A stretch of DNA of 64,000 nucleotides, taken from a virus. Numbering within the stretch: position 1 is the stretch's first letter; the number at the start of each line of letters is the position of its first letter. The notes under the pieces are model-generated. The model was not told where the DNA came from. It did no database searches and worked only from the letters and a program-made list of their open reading frames with translations. The stretch covers positions 7,433 to 71,432 of the IMG/VR virus record IMGVR_UViG_3300009183_000080. One strand, given 5' to 3'. The position numbers and the translations under genes were made by a program. This document shows positions 39,782 to 49,871 of the stretch, piece after piece.

Positions 39782-41811
39782 TAAGAAACCTTAATTTCGC
39801 AGTAGTCTGTTGTGCAATACATTTCTCCAACGGAATCAAGATTCTCAATACCGTCATAAATTGCATCAAAGTTAATGTGAGCAACCTTTCCGACATAAGC
39901 ATCATACTCTTCTTTAGTAATTTGTGTGTATGGCTGTTGTGGATAAGTATGATTTCCCATTGGAAGGAATGAAACTGCTTTTAATTGACCTTCGTACATG
40001 TGAAGTGCTGGAGCAATATGTTTTGTTTCTGTTTCTTTGTCAAAAGATAAAGTCACAGATACCCCATTGTCCGACCAATACTTCTGTGTTGTTGCAGCAA
40101 GACCAATTTTTTCAAACAAACTTACATCCTTCTCTGATCTTGGATGTCCAGAAGATACTGGGAAATATACTACTGTAGTATTTGCTGATACTAGATCGTC
40201 TTCAATTTTATACCCTGCTGCTTTAAATAAATGTAGCATTGGATCTGTATTTCCAAAACGAATTGCACGTAAGAAGTATTCTCCACCAACAGACCAGTGA
40301 ACTCCTGGAGATGCTCCAGAAAGTAATGAAACTGATCCTGAAGGTTTTACTGTAGTTACACGAATTGATTCACGAACACATAGCCATTCTGAATACTGCT
40401 TGTCGTAGTGGCGAATCTTATTGTATCCTTCGTCCATCCACTCTCTGGTTGTTGGCATTCCATTGATATCAGTAAATGATGCAATACCAGTTAATGATGT
40501 TCCAATTCTACGGTTTCTTTGCATAATACCGTTTGTAATTTGCCAATGTGTTGGAAGTAAAGTTACAGTTTTTCCATAAAGATATGCAAATTTCAAGGTA
40601 CGCATAAAGTCTTCTTTGTCTGTATGACGATTTAAATGAACCTCAACTAATGTACATAGTTCATAAGACTCTAGTGGTTGTTCTGCACAAGGATTGAAAC
40701 CCATAACACGATAGTCTTTTCCATCTGCTGGATCTGCTAGTCTTCCATAATTTCTTGCAACATCAAGCCAAATAAAACCAGGCTCTCCATTATCTGCAAT
40801 TAAATCCACATAATCTTCGTAGTGAGTTCCAACCTCAGCAGCAATAGAGTTATTGCTCATCCATGCCCATCCTGGATTTTCTGAATCAAATGAGTTACGA
40901 TCTGGAAATAGTTCTGAGTTTTTAAGATTAATAAAGTCTTTATCATTTGGATTTCCAAGAGCAAGTGTTGCAGATCTACGAACATTGCCAGAAACAACAC
41001 AGGTTCCAATAAGGTTTACAATATCTACAATTGCTCTAGAGTCTAACTTCTCTCCTGCCCTAGAACCAATTACTTTACGGATCATTGTATGTAGATCCAT
41101 TAATGGTTTTGGACCGCTTGCAACCCCACCAAAGCCCTTAATTGGGGCTCCTAGAGGACGGATCAAGTCATAGTTAAATTCTTGAATTGATTGATTTGCT
41201 CTCAAAAATGAATTAAGCAAAAGTCTAACAGATTCTACCCATCCTTCACGAGTATCTGGGATTTCATATACAGATGCTGGTTCTGTTGGTGCATAGATAG
41301 ATAGATCTTTTTCTTGACCTACCGTGTCAAATCCAACTCCAATGCCAAGCATTAATGCGTCCATAACCCAAGCAAATAAGGATCCTGGATCGTTACGATC
41401 AATGTCTCTTGTTGAAACCATCGCACAATTTTGAAGAGATGCAGAGTTTTTTCTTTCCATTGTCATTGGGGTACCAAAAGCCCAAAGACCTCTTCCTGGT
41501 GGAGTCCATTTAAGATTAAACATGCGGTCATATGCTTCTTGTGCTGATTTCTGTGCTTTATAGTCATTCCAAGGCAGTCTGTTTTCTTTCGCATGATTCT
41601 TTTGCACTGAGTACATGCCTTCAATTACTCTTTTACAAACCTCATACCATCTTTCCTTAGTACCATCGTCTTTTACACGGGAATAAGTACGAACAAACGT
41701 AATCTCTCCTAATGAGTTTCCACCTGCATCTTTGAACCCAAATGGTGGCTCAATTTCAATATATTTGTTTACAAAATCATCAGAAAAACGAAAAGAAAAT
41801 ACGTCAGACAT
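39781..41811 (-). CDS. nrdJ: Class II (adenosylcobalamin-dependent) ribonucleotide reductase, monomeric RTPR type
   Basis: PPGRGLW, LQNC, GNVRRSA, NPCAEQ, TTVKPSGSVS and C-terminal CTTDYC; no nrdB partner in the window. Confidence 0.93.
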   Translation of the reverse strand: MSDVFSFRFSDDFVNKYIEIEPPFGFKDAGGNSLGEITFVRTYSRVKDDGTKERWYEVCKRVIEGMYSVQKNHAKENRLPWNDYKAQKSAQEAYDRMFNLKWTPPGRGLWAFGTPMTMERKNSASLQNCAMVSTRDIDRNDPGSLFAWVMDALMLGIGVGFDTVGQEKDLSIYAPTEPASVYEIPDTREGWVESVRLLLNSFLRANQSIQEFNYDLIRPLGAPIKGFGGVASGPKPLMDLHTMIRKVIGSRAGEKLDSRAIVDIVNLIGTCVVSGNVRRSATLALGNPNDKDFINLKNSELFPDRNSFDSENPGWAWMSNNSIAAEVGTHYEDYVDLIADNGEPGFIWLDVARNYGRLADPADGKDYRVMGFNPCAEQPLESYELCTLVEVHLNRHTDKEDFMRTLKFAYLYGKTVTLLPTHWQITNGIMQRNRRIGTSLTGIASFTDINGMPTTREWMDEGYNKIRHYDKQYSEWLCVRESIRVTTVKPSGSVSLLSGASPGVHWSVGGEYFLRAIRFGNTDPMLHLFKAAGYKIEDDLVSANTTVVYFPVSSGHPRSEKDVSLFEKIGLAATTQKYWSDNGVSVTLSFDKETETKHIAPALHMYEGQLKAVSFLPMGNHTYPQQPYTQITKEEYDAYVGKVAHINFDAIYDGIENLDSVGEMYCTTDYCEIKVS

Positions 41812-41897
41812 AATACCCCTTAAATTTAATTATATGTTTTATTATAGCAGAGTTTTTATTTTACAACAACTCTATACTTCTACATGAGATAGAGTTT

Positions 41898-42569
41898 TTA
41901 TTTTTTATAAACTAAAGGTGTATAAAGTTTTTGTGTTTTATCATCAAAAGAATTTGCTGGCTGTATACTATATCCTAAAGTTATTCTTTTTGAATTCTCT
42001 TTCCAATATCCTCTTTCATGCAAAAGTCCAGTTTCAGATAAAATGGCCCTATTGTTTTTATTAACATTTTGAAATAATTCCCCAGACTCTAATTTATAAA
42101 TTGTTACAGATGGTTCTGCATTTATACAATAATATCCATGAAAATCTGGAATACCTCTTTCTTCATCATCATGAAAAGTCATATCTTTATTAAATAATTC
42201 TTTAGGAGCAGTAATATTTTGAAAATCGTTTAAATCACAGTTAAACCAACCTTTAATTAAATAATTTTCTTTATTAAAATCAATATCATAATAGTCGCAA
42301 GCATTTTGTGTCATTTCTAACAAAGCATTATTTAAATTAATAATTTCTTTATAATCATATTTAAAAAGATTATAAGAATTTGAAAAGATAGTCGTCATTC
42401 CTTTTTCATAATATTTTTGACCATCAGATTTTGATATTCCTTCAATTTCTCCATTAAGCATTTTTTGTTCTTCATTAAGTAAAAAATTATAAAAATCATC
42501 AAGATTATTATTTAAAAAAACTTCAAAAAACTTATGAGGTTGTTTATTTAATTGATTGCTGTTTAACAT
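41898..42569 (-). CDS. Putative 2OG-Fe(II) oxygenase-fold protein
   Basis: GWFN...FHDD...HGYYCINAEPSVT...LLHE...RITLGY pattern; likely start MLNSN after AAGGA. Confidence 0.55.
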   Translation of the reverse strand: MLNSNQLNKQPHKFFEVFLNNNLDDFYNFLLNEEQKMLNGEIEGISKSDGQKYYEKGMTTIFSNSYNLFKYDYKEIINLNNALLEMTQNACDYYDIDFNKENYLIKGWFNCDLNDFQNITAPKELFNKDMTFHDDEERGIPDFHGYYCINAEPSVTIYKLESGELFQNVNKNNRAILSETGLLHERGYWKENSKRITLGYSIQPANSFDDKTQKLYTPLVYKK

Positions 42570-42579
42570 TTTATTCCTT

Positions 42580-43296
42580 TCATTTATATGTTTTTCGATT
42601 CCAATACCATTTTTTATATCCACCAGTAAATCTACTTCTAACTTTACTTGTTTGTTCGTTTACTATTTTTATATCAAAATTTTTATTAAATTCTGCTACC
42701 CAATTGTCTCTTTTAAATGGAAAAACTTGTACCAATGGGGTACCCTGTTTAATAGTTCCCTTAAATCCTTTATCTATAAAAAAAGAAAATAAACCATCTG
42801 ACATATAACCATCTGTATCAATAATTGCAGCAACGGCATGCATTGGCATATAGTCTTGATGTTGTGGTTCCATAAATAAAGAACTATATCCTTTTTCAGT
42901 TTCTACAACCCATCCAATATTAACTCTAAATATATGGTCTGCAAAAAAATCATAATTAAATGGATAGTGTGAAACTTGTTCTTTTGAATGAGACCCAATT
43001 AATGGGGTTTTTAATTTTTTATAATTGTCTGAAATTTTAAAAATTTTGTTATCTCCAGTTGTATCAATTTCTATATCAACCGGACATAACAACAAATATC
43101 CTGTAGTAATAATGTCAAAAATTGCCTGACAATTTTTTATTGTTATTCCATCAATAAGGCTATTTTCTTGCACAATGTAACTTGGTTGATCCTTATACCA
43201 TTGTGGTAAATTTTTTGACATAGGAATTGGTTGAGGAAAAGCATCAATCATTTTTGGATATCTATAATTAAATGTTATTTTTTTTTCTGTTTCCAT
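42580..43296 (-). CDS. Hypothetical protein (possible dUTPase-like beta fold)
   Basis: P.WYK...TIKNC...GY...IIDTD...IKQGTPLVQVFPFKRDNW pattern; lies beside oxygenase genes; probably leaderless. Confidence 0.6.
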   Translation of the reverse strand: METEKKITFNYRYPKMIDAFPQPIPMSKNLPQWYKDQPSYIVQENSLIDGITIKNCQAIFDIITTGYLLLCPVDIEIDTTGDNKIFKISDNYKKLKTPLIGSHSKEQVSHYPFNYDFFADHIFRVNIGWVVETEKGYSSLFMEPQHQDYMPMHAVAAIIDTDGYMSDGLFSFFIDKGFKGTIKQGTPLVQVFPFKRDNWVAEFNKNFDIKIVNEQTSKVRSRFTGGYKKWYWNRKTYK

Positions 43297-43307
43297 AACT
43301 AATTATA

Positions 43308-44600
43308 TCAGTAATCAGGACGGTCAAAGACTAACATGTTTTCAGTAAAAAAGTTGTCATATGGCTCACAGTTAATAGATATTTTTTCCATTTCTACATT
43401 CACTTCTTCTACTGTTGTAACTGGTAGCCATGCTTGATGTTCATAATTATATACCTCGTAAGTTGTATCAATATTAGGTGCCTGTATAAACTTAGTAATT
43501 CCGTCTTTTTTAACTAAAAGATAATGAGCAGGAGTATAAAGGTTTCCATTTATATGAATAAAGTTTTCAGCAGTTCCAGGGGTAACCGACACAACTGTTG
43601 TTTCTACAACAAGATCATTGTCTAATTGTATATCAGAAGAACTCCATTCTGTCCAATTTGTTGTTGCATCTCCTCCCAAATTCATTGCATATACTGTATC
43701 TCCAACAACTAAATCTTCAATAAATTTTACTCCAGTTGGGGTCAAAACTTTTGTTTGGACTGCAAGTGAATCTCCCCAGACAGAAAATCCAAAAGAGTAT
43801 GGCCAAAAACCAAATGGTGTAAAACCAAATACTCCACCAAACGACGGTGCAAAACCAAATACTCCACCAAATGGTGCAAAAGCAAACACTCCAAATGGTG
43901 CAAAACCAAATACTGCAAATGGTGCAAAACCAAATGGAGCAAAACTAAAACTTGTAAAACTTGCAGATGCTGCAGATGTAGAAGAGTTGCCATTTGCATT
44001 TGTTGCATATACTGTATATGCCTGAGCCGTTCCAGCCTCTTGAGCAACGTTAGCAGAAAGGGTTGATCCTCCTACTGAACCTGTTTTGCTATCATTAGAT
44101 GCCCAAGTATATCCTGTAATTGCACTTCCACCAGTTGCTGGTGCTACCCAAGTTACAATGTCTGTTGCTGTTTGTGAAACTGAAGTGATAGTTGGTGCTG
44201 CTGGAGTTGCTGGAACTGTTGTTACTGTTACTGAAGAAGAAGTTGTTCCACTTGCAGTTCCTGAAGCATTTGTTCCCTGTACTGTAAATGTGTATGAAGT
44301 ATTAGATGCTAATCCTTGAAAAGTATAGGAAGGAGTAGATGAGCCAGTATTAACTGTATAGGTTGAAGGAGTGGTAGTAATAGTATATCCAGTTGCTGCT
44401 GGAGATTCTGCTGGAAGTGTCCAAGTAAGGGATACTGATCCACCTGTGCCTGCTGCTGATGCTGCTGAAGTAGTATTAGCGGTAGCAAGATAAGGACGAG
44501 ATGTTCCTACGTTTGTGCCACTTAAAGAAGTAACGTTATCTGGTTGCAAAAAGTTATCTTGTGCTGAAGACTTGATGCCTCTTTTTTTACTAACTGCCAT
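43308..44600 (-). CDS. FN3-domain virion protein with F/G/A/P repeat and C-terminal Hint domain
   Basis: Two FN3-like repeats (VSLTWT...YTFTVQGTN; VTWVAP...GGSAITGY...YATNANG), FAPFG repeats, then SLAVQTKVLTPTG...IEDLVVGDTV...YTPAH...NFFTENMLVFD (Hint-like blocks). Confidence 0.8.
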   Translation of the reverse strand: MAVSKKRGIKSSAQDNFLQPDNVTSLSGTNVGTSRPYLATANTTSAASAAGTGGSVSLTWTLPAESPAATGYTITTTPSTYTVNTGSSTPSYTFQGLASNTSYTFTVQGTNASGTASGTTSSSVTVTTVPATPAAPTITSVSQTATDIVTWVAPATGGSAITGYTWASNDSKTGSVGGSTLSANVAQEAGTAQAYTVYATNANGNSSTSAASASFTSFSFAPFGFAPFAVFGFAPFGVFAFAPFGGVFGFAPSFGGVFGFTPFGFWPYSFGFSVWGDSLAVQTKVLTPTGVKFIEDLVVGDTVYAMNLGGDATTNWTEWSSSDIQLDNDLVVETTVVSVTPGTAENFIHINGNLYTPAHYLLVKKDGITKFIQAPNIDTTYEVYNYEHQAWLPVTTVEEVNVEMEKISINCEPYDNFFTENMLVFDRPDY

Positions 44601-44631
44601 TTTTACTCCTCTTTTCTATTATATCAAACTA

Positions 44632-46716
44632 CTATGCTGACAAATCTCCCATTACAACCCAAAGATTTGCTGCTCTCTTAAATAATGTCGCTGATGACCA
44701 TTGTGCACGAAGTTTTAATCCAGGAGTTGCATTTACTGTTGTTGTTCCTGGTGTTACTGCTTCAATTGTCACAGCGCCAGTATTTGTTCGAAGAATGTCA
44801 ATTGATGTTCCAATTGGAAAGTTAAAAGTAGCGTCTGTTGGAATTAAAACTTTGACTGCAGTTCCGCCTGTATGTGAAACTTCAATTAATGAGTCTCTTT
44901 CATTTGCTGCTGAAAGGGTGTATTCTGCTGTCTTCTGAATAATTGATGTCCGTGATGGAACACCTTCTTTTGTTTGTGTACCGTCGGTAAAAATAAATCC
45001 ACCAGCAGTTGTACTAATAACTGAAGTTCCGTTTACTTTAAGATCTTTTCCTGAAGCAAGGTTGATATGCTCGGAAGATGTCCAAGAATCTGTAGCATCT
45101 ACCCAGTTAAAGGTTTTATCTGTTGCGCCTTTAAGTGTTATACCTCCGCCATCAGCAGTTGCATCTGATGGAGTAGCAACATCACCAAGAACAATATTCT
45201 TATCATCAACAGAAAGTTCTGTTGAGTTGATAGTTGTGGTTGTTCCATTTACAATTAAGTTTCCAGAAAGTGTAAGGGCTGCTGCGTTTACCGTTCCAGT
45301 AAATGTTGGACTGGCAAGTGGTGACTTTGCATCTAACTGTGTTTGAATTGCTGAAGTGACTCCATCAACATATCCAATTTCAGTAGAGGATACGGTTGAA
45401 GAGATACCAAGTTTGGTCCAGTCAATTGCTGCAGATGCGTTAATGTCAGCATTAACAATTGTTCCATCAAGAATTTTTGCAGAAGTAACTGCACCATCTG
45501 CTAAATCTCCAACAAGAATTGTTCCATCAAGAATCATTGCAGATGTAACAGTTCCTGAAGGAAGAGTTACTGTTCCTGTAAATGTAGGAGAAGCAAGTGG
45601 TGCTTTTGCATCTAATTGAGTTTGAATGGCTGATGTTACTCCGTCAAGATATCCAATTTCAGTATTGTTAACACCTGCAACAACTGCTTGTTTATTATCT
45701 AATTGTGTTTGAATAGCAGAAGTTACTCCATCAAGATATCCAATTTCAGTGTTTGAAACGTTTGCAACTATGGCTTGGTATGTATTAGATGCGGTTGTGG
45801 TATCTAGTTTTGCAGCAAGATCTGAAGTTAAACCTACAACTTTAGACTGTGCAATATTTGCTGTAGCACTAATATCGTCATTAACAATAGTTCCATCAGC
45901 AATTTTTGCAGAAGTAACTGCACCATCTGCAATATCAGCAGTAGCAATTGTTCCATCTAGAATCATTGTAGAAGTAACAGTTCCTGAAGGAAGAGTTACT
46001 GTTCCTGTAAATGTAGGACTGTTTAATGGGGCCTTAAGCGCATCGGCAGTATCTACGTATACTTTTGATGCGCCATCTGTATCTGCAGTAGGTACTGGCA
46101 TATTAATAATTTTTGTAGCCAAGTTTAAATCAATATTTCCAGTCATTTGACCGCCTGCTTTTGATAGACGTTCAGTAACATCTGAAACTAATGCTACTGT
46201 GCCTCCTGCGTTTGGAAAAAGAATTGCTCTATCTGCTGTAGGATCTATAACGCTAATTGTTGTTTCATGTGCATCTGCTGTAGTGCCTTCAAAAACAATT
46301 CCTGTTGTAGCATTAATTGTTGTGCTGTTAATAGTAGTAGTTGTACCACTTACTGTTAAATCCCCTGAAATTGTGACAGCGCCAGTAGAGGAGTTGGCTA
46401 AAACAACTGTTCCTGATGCATCTGGAAGAGTGATGGTCCGATCTGCTGTAGGATCTGTTACTTCTAGGGTAGTTTCAAAAGCATTTGCTGTAGCACCTTC
46501 AAACTTAATGTTTGAACCAAATTGAGGGTTTACTGTGCTGTCTGAGTCAATAAAATAATCAAGGTTGATCCAGTGGTTTGTGCCATCACCAATTTTAAAC
46601 TTGTTGGTATCTGACTCGTAACCGATTTCTCCGGCTGCAAGGATTGGGCCGTTGCCACTGTTGGTTGATATCCACTGGGCTGCAGTACCCCTTCTCTGTT
46701 GCATTCTTGTTGCCAT
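44632..46716 (-). CDS. Tail fibre / adhesin with Mtd_N-like N-terminus
   Basis: MQQRRGTAAQW...LAAGEIGYESDTNKFKIGDG; internal fibre repeats; C-terminal LRAQWSSATLFK...WVVMGDL. Confidence 0.8.
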   Translation of the reverse strand: MATRMQQRRGTAAQWISTNSGNGPILAAGEIGYESDTNKFKIGDGTNHWINLDYFIDSDSTVNPQFGSNIKFEGATANAFETTLEVTDPTADRTITLPDASGTVVLANSSTGAVTISGDLTVSGTTTTINSTTINATTGIVFEGTTADAHETTISVIDPTADRAILFPNAGGTVALVSDVTERLSKAGGQMTGNIDLNLATKIINMPVPTADTDGASKVYVDTADALKAPLNSPTFTGTVTLPSGTVTSTMILDGTIATADIADGAVTSAKIADGTIVNDDISATANIAQSKVVGLTSDLAAKLDTTTASNTYQAIVANVSNTEIGYLDGVTSAIQTQLDNKQAVVAGVNNTEIGYLDGVTSAIQTQLDAKAPLASPTFTGTVTLPSGTVTSAMILDGTILVGDLADGAVTSAKILDGTIVNADINASAAIDWTKLGISSTVSSTEIGYVDGVTSAIQTQLDAKSPLASPTFTGTVNAAALTLSGNLIVNGTTTTINSTELSVDDKNIVLGDVATPSDATADGGGITLKGATDKTFNWVDATDSWTSSEHINLASGKDLKVNGTSVISTTAGGFIFTDGTQTKEGVPSRTSIIQKTAEYTLSAANERDSLIEVSHTGGTAVKVLIPTDATFNFPIGTSIDILRTNTGAVTIEAVTPGTTTVNATPGLKLRAQWSSATLFKRAANLWVVMGDLSA

Positions 46717-46762
46717 AATTTAATCCCCCTAGATTTTATTCTTTCTTTATTATAACATATAA

Positions 46763-47233
46763 TTAATTAAAGTTATCTAACGGACTTCCGCCATCATAAC
46801 TAGTTAACCACTCTACTGAATCGTAAAACCCTGCAATTTGTGTTGAAGAGAATACATCATCATATGCTCCTGCATCTTGAAAAACGGTAGTAATAAGTCC
46901 CGTTCCATCAATTGCAGTATCGTGAATATGTTGTCTCAAGTTTGCAGTATCATCAAAAGTAGCAATCATAATCCAGTCGGCAGCATCTGTTGAATATATC
47001 GAAAGATGTTGCGTAACTGTATCAAAGTATATTTGTCCATCTACTGGTGCAACTGGAGCAGTTGATTCGGTTGGGACAACGTTTGCATTTCCAGCAACCG
47101 TATCAACATACAACTTAGTTGCTGCATGAGCATTTTGAGTCGGGGTGGCAACTGTAACTACTCCACCAAAGGTACCAGTTGTGGCTACGTTTAAGCCATT
47201 CTTTACCTTAAAGTCTTTGTCTACTGTTGCCAT
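46763..47233 (-). CDS. Fibre-associated structural protein
   Basis: Shares MATVDKDFKVKNGL with the upstream gene; AATKLYVD and PVDGQIYFD fibre motifs. Confidence 0.65.
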   Translation of the reverse strand: MATVDKDFKVKNGLNVATTGTFGGVVTVATPTQNAHAATKLYVDTVAGNANVVPTESTAPVAPVDGQIYFDTVTQHLSIYSTDAADWIMIATFDDTANLRQHIHDTAIDGTGLITTVFQDAGAYDDVFSSTQIAGFYDSVEWLTSYDGGSPLDNFN

Positions 47234-47260
47234 TTACTACCCCCTACTTTTTATTTTAAA

Positions 47261-49066
47261 CTATTTAAACATTTTTTTATTTAATGTGTATGCAAGAGTT
47301 CCTACAGTGGTTGGAGTTAGTTTAATACTAGCAACACCTGCTGTTACTGTAAATGATAAATCACCAAGAGACTCATTGCTAATAATTTCAGCATAAGTTG
47401 TTTGATAAACGTTGCCATTTCCATCAAGTCCCATAAGAACTTCAAACATATGAATATCGTTACCTTTTCTCATTGAAAGTATTAATTTAGAAGTTTCATA
47501 TCCTCCACTTACTTCATCCATAGTTGTAATTGTTGTTAAAGTAGTGCCTGATATTGTTCCTACATAACTAGTTTCAACTGTGCCGAGCGAGCCACTTGAA
47601 GTTAAAGCAAGTTGTGGTGTTATTACTGCGGTTTGGAAGGTTGCATTGTTATTGAATACTAACTTTGCGCCAGATGAGTTTCCAGTTTCATCAGTTACTG
47701 CTGCTAAAAGGTTTTCAGAGTTTGGTGTTGCAAGGAATGTTGCAATTCCTGTTCCAAGACCAGATACTGCTGTGCTTATAGCAACATTTGTAATAGTGTT
47801 ATTTGCACCATCAATTGTTTTGTTTGTAAGTGTTTGTGCTGTTGCTGTTTCTAGTGTACCGTTTAGGTAAATAGCCTTACCAGAAGCAAGGTTGATGTGC
47901 TCAGAAGAGGTCCATGCATCAGTTGCGTCTACCCAGTTAAAAGTCTTGTCTGTAGCACCTTTAAGAGTAATACCACCACCATCTGCGCCTGCATCTGTTG
48001 GAGTTGCTACTGAACCAAGTGTAAGGTTCTTGTCATCAACTGTGATTTCTGTTGAGTTAATTGTGGTTGTTGTACCGTTTACTGTTAAATCCCCTGACAA
48101 AACAAGAGATGTACCAGTTGCAGCACCAATGTTTGGTGTTACAAGTGTTGGGGTATTAGCAAAAACAAGTGCTCCAGTACCAGTTTCATCAGAGATGATA
48201 CCAGCAAGTTCTGAAGAAGATGTTGCTGCATGTACGTTCAACTTATCTGTTGTTACAACAAGAGTCTTTGATGATGGGATAGTTGTACTGTTAATAGATG
48301 TAGCAGTAGCAACGCCAAGATCTGGAGTTGTAAGAATTGGACTTGTAAGAGTCTTATTTGTAAGCGTTTGAGTGTTTGTTGTTCCAACTACTGCACCAGT
48401 TGCACCGTGTGCTGCTGTTGATCCTGTATGTGTTGTAAGGTCTGAACTGGTAGCCTTAGCATCTAATTGGGTTTGAATTGCTGAAGTTACACCATCTACA
48501 TAGTTAAGTTCTGTTGTAGAAAGAGTTGCTCCATCAAGAATATTAAGTTCTGTAGAACTTGCTGACATAACAACATCTTCGTTAATCTTTGGTGATGTTA
48601 ATGTTTTGTTTGTAAGAGTCTGTGTATTTGTTGTTCCGACTACTGCACCAGTGGCACCGTGTGCTTCTGTAAGGCTTGCATGTGTTGTAACGTCTGAAGT
48701 AAGTGCTACTGTACCTGTAGCATTTGGAAGTGTGATTGTCCGATCTGCGGTTGGATCTGTGACTGTAAGTGTTGTCTCATAAGCATCTGCTGTTGCGCCT
48801 TCAAAAGTAATTTGTGTATCAAATACACCAACTGCTGCTGGATCTGACCATTGAACACCATAAGTTGCTCCTGATGCTGCAGTGAGGACCTGTCCGTTGG
48901 TTCCAACGCCAAGACGTGCTACTGCATCATCTGCACTACCAACAATTAAATCACCTTTAGCATCTACAACTCCTGCGGTAATAACATTTTTACCATTAAC
49001 AGTTGCTGTTGATCCTTGAACAACTAAACCATTTTTTACTTTAAAATCTTTGTCTACTGTTGCCAT
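47261..49066 (-). CDS. Tail fibre protein
   Basis: QTLTNKTLTSP repeats, DETGTGALVFA, modules shared with 44632..46716. Confidence 0.78.
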   Translation of the reverse strand: MATVDKDFKVKNGLVVQGSTATVNGKNVITAGVVDAKGDLIVGSADDAVARLGVGTNGQVLTAASGATYGVQWSDPAAVGVFDTQITFEGATADAYETTLTVTDPTADRTITLPNATGTVALTSDVTTHASLTEAHGATGAVVGTTNTQTLTNKTLTSPKINEDVVMSASSTELNILDGATLSTTELNYVDGVTSAIQTQLDAKATSSDLTTHTGSTAAHGATGAVVGTTNTQTLTNKTLTSPILTTPDLGVATATSINSTTIPSSKTLVVTTDKLNVHAATSSSELAGIISDETGTGALVFANTPTLVTPNIGAATGTSLVLSGDLTVNGTTTTINSTEITVDDKNLTLGSVATPTDAGADGGGITLKGATDKTFNWVDATDAWTSSEHINLASGKAIYLNGTLETATAQTLTNKTIDGANNTITNVAISTAVSGLGTGIATFLATPNSENLLAAVTDETGNSSGAKLVFNNNATFQTAVITPQLALTSSGSLGTVETSYVGTISGTTLTTITTMDEVSGGYETSKLILSMRKGNDIHMFEVLMGLDGNGNVYQTTYAEIISNESLGDLSFTVTAGVASIKLTPTTVGTLAYTLNKKMFK

Positions 49067-49080
49067 TTTTTATCTCCTTT

Positions 49081-49527
49081 TTATGCCTTTAATCCCATAC
49101 GTGCATAACGTACGGTGATTGGGGTTATACCGATAACTGGAGTAACCGTTACGGATACTGTATTTCCAGCACGGGAGACGCTAATGGTGCCAATATTCCC
49201 ATCGTTGTCGATTGTTCCATACTCACTGACAGATACACCTGTAGTATCAGCAAGAATTGTCATTTCTGTTGCGTAATATTTATTTTCGCCACCAGAAGTC
49301 TTTTTAATAGAGATCATATATTTAACTGCTCTATATTCTGTTGCATCAAAATTATCAATTACTGTAGCAGTTTCAATGCCGTTGATTGTTGACTCATTGT
49401 TTCCTGCACTACCCAAATCTGTTGCTTGAGCGCTTGCTGTGTCAATAAAATCTTCAAAGTCCGTCTGTGAAGGACGATCTCCTGTTTGAAATCTTAACTT
49501 TAAGTTTGCTAGTGATAGACGGGCCAT
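49081..49527 (-). CDS. Virion structural protein
   Basis: FQTGDRPSQTDFEDFID N-terminus; C-terminal domain similar to the end of 47261..49066. Confidence 0.6.
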   Translation of the reverse strand: MARLSLANLKLRFQTGDRPSQTDFEDFIDTASAQATDLGSAGNNESTINGIETATVIDNFDATEYRAVKYMISIKKTSGGENKYYATEMTILADTTGVSVSEYGTIDNDGNIGTISVSRAGNTVSVTVTPVIGITPITVRYARMGLKA

Positions 49528-49550
49528 GTTTATATTATAACATAATTTTA

Positions 49551-49868
49551 TTACAAAATATAGTTAGAAAAACCAATAATCTGCATACCAATTCCTGGGG
49601 GATTTAAAGGATTTATACCTTCGATACCTATATTAGTTATCTTTAATCTGAATGGAAGTATTGCATTTATTGATACCTTTTTAGAATAGTCAACTGTTTT
49701 TATACCCGAAGATTTAAAACCTTTTATTGGAGTTATTTTGGTTTTTGTTTTAACATCAGTTAAAGTTGTTTTTAAATAATTAACAGTTTTAATTTTAGAA
49801 GACTTAAAGTCTTTTACTGCAGTTACTTTTGCTTTTGCCTTAACATCAGTTAATGTTGCTTTAGCCAT
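49551..49868 (-). CDS. Basic hypothetical protein with internal repeat
   Basis: TLTDVKxKxK.T..K.FKSS.IKTV.Y occurs twice. Confidence 0.6.
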   Translation of the reverse strand: MAKATLTDVKAKAKVTAVKDFKSSKIKTVNYLKTTLTDVKTKTKITPIKGFKSSGIKTVDYSKKVSINAILPFRLKITNIGIEGINPLNPPGIGMQIIGFSNYIL

Positions 49869-49871
49869 TTG

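Noticed and set aside
43308-43769. Canonical intein
   Set aside because: No terminal His-Asn, no +1 C/S/T, essentially no C-extein and no homing endonuclease; treated as a cleavage-type Hint domain.
44632-46716. Mtd_N-like domain suggesting a diversity-generating retroelement
   Set aside because: No reverse transcriptase and no TR/VR pair with adenine-specific differences seen in the window; the domain is a common fibre N-terminus.
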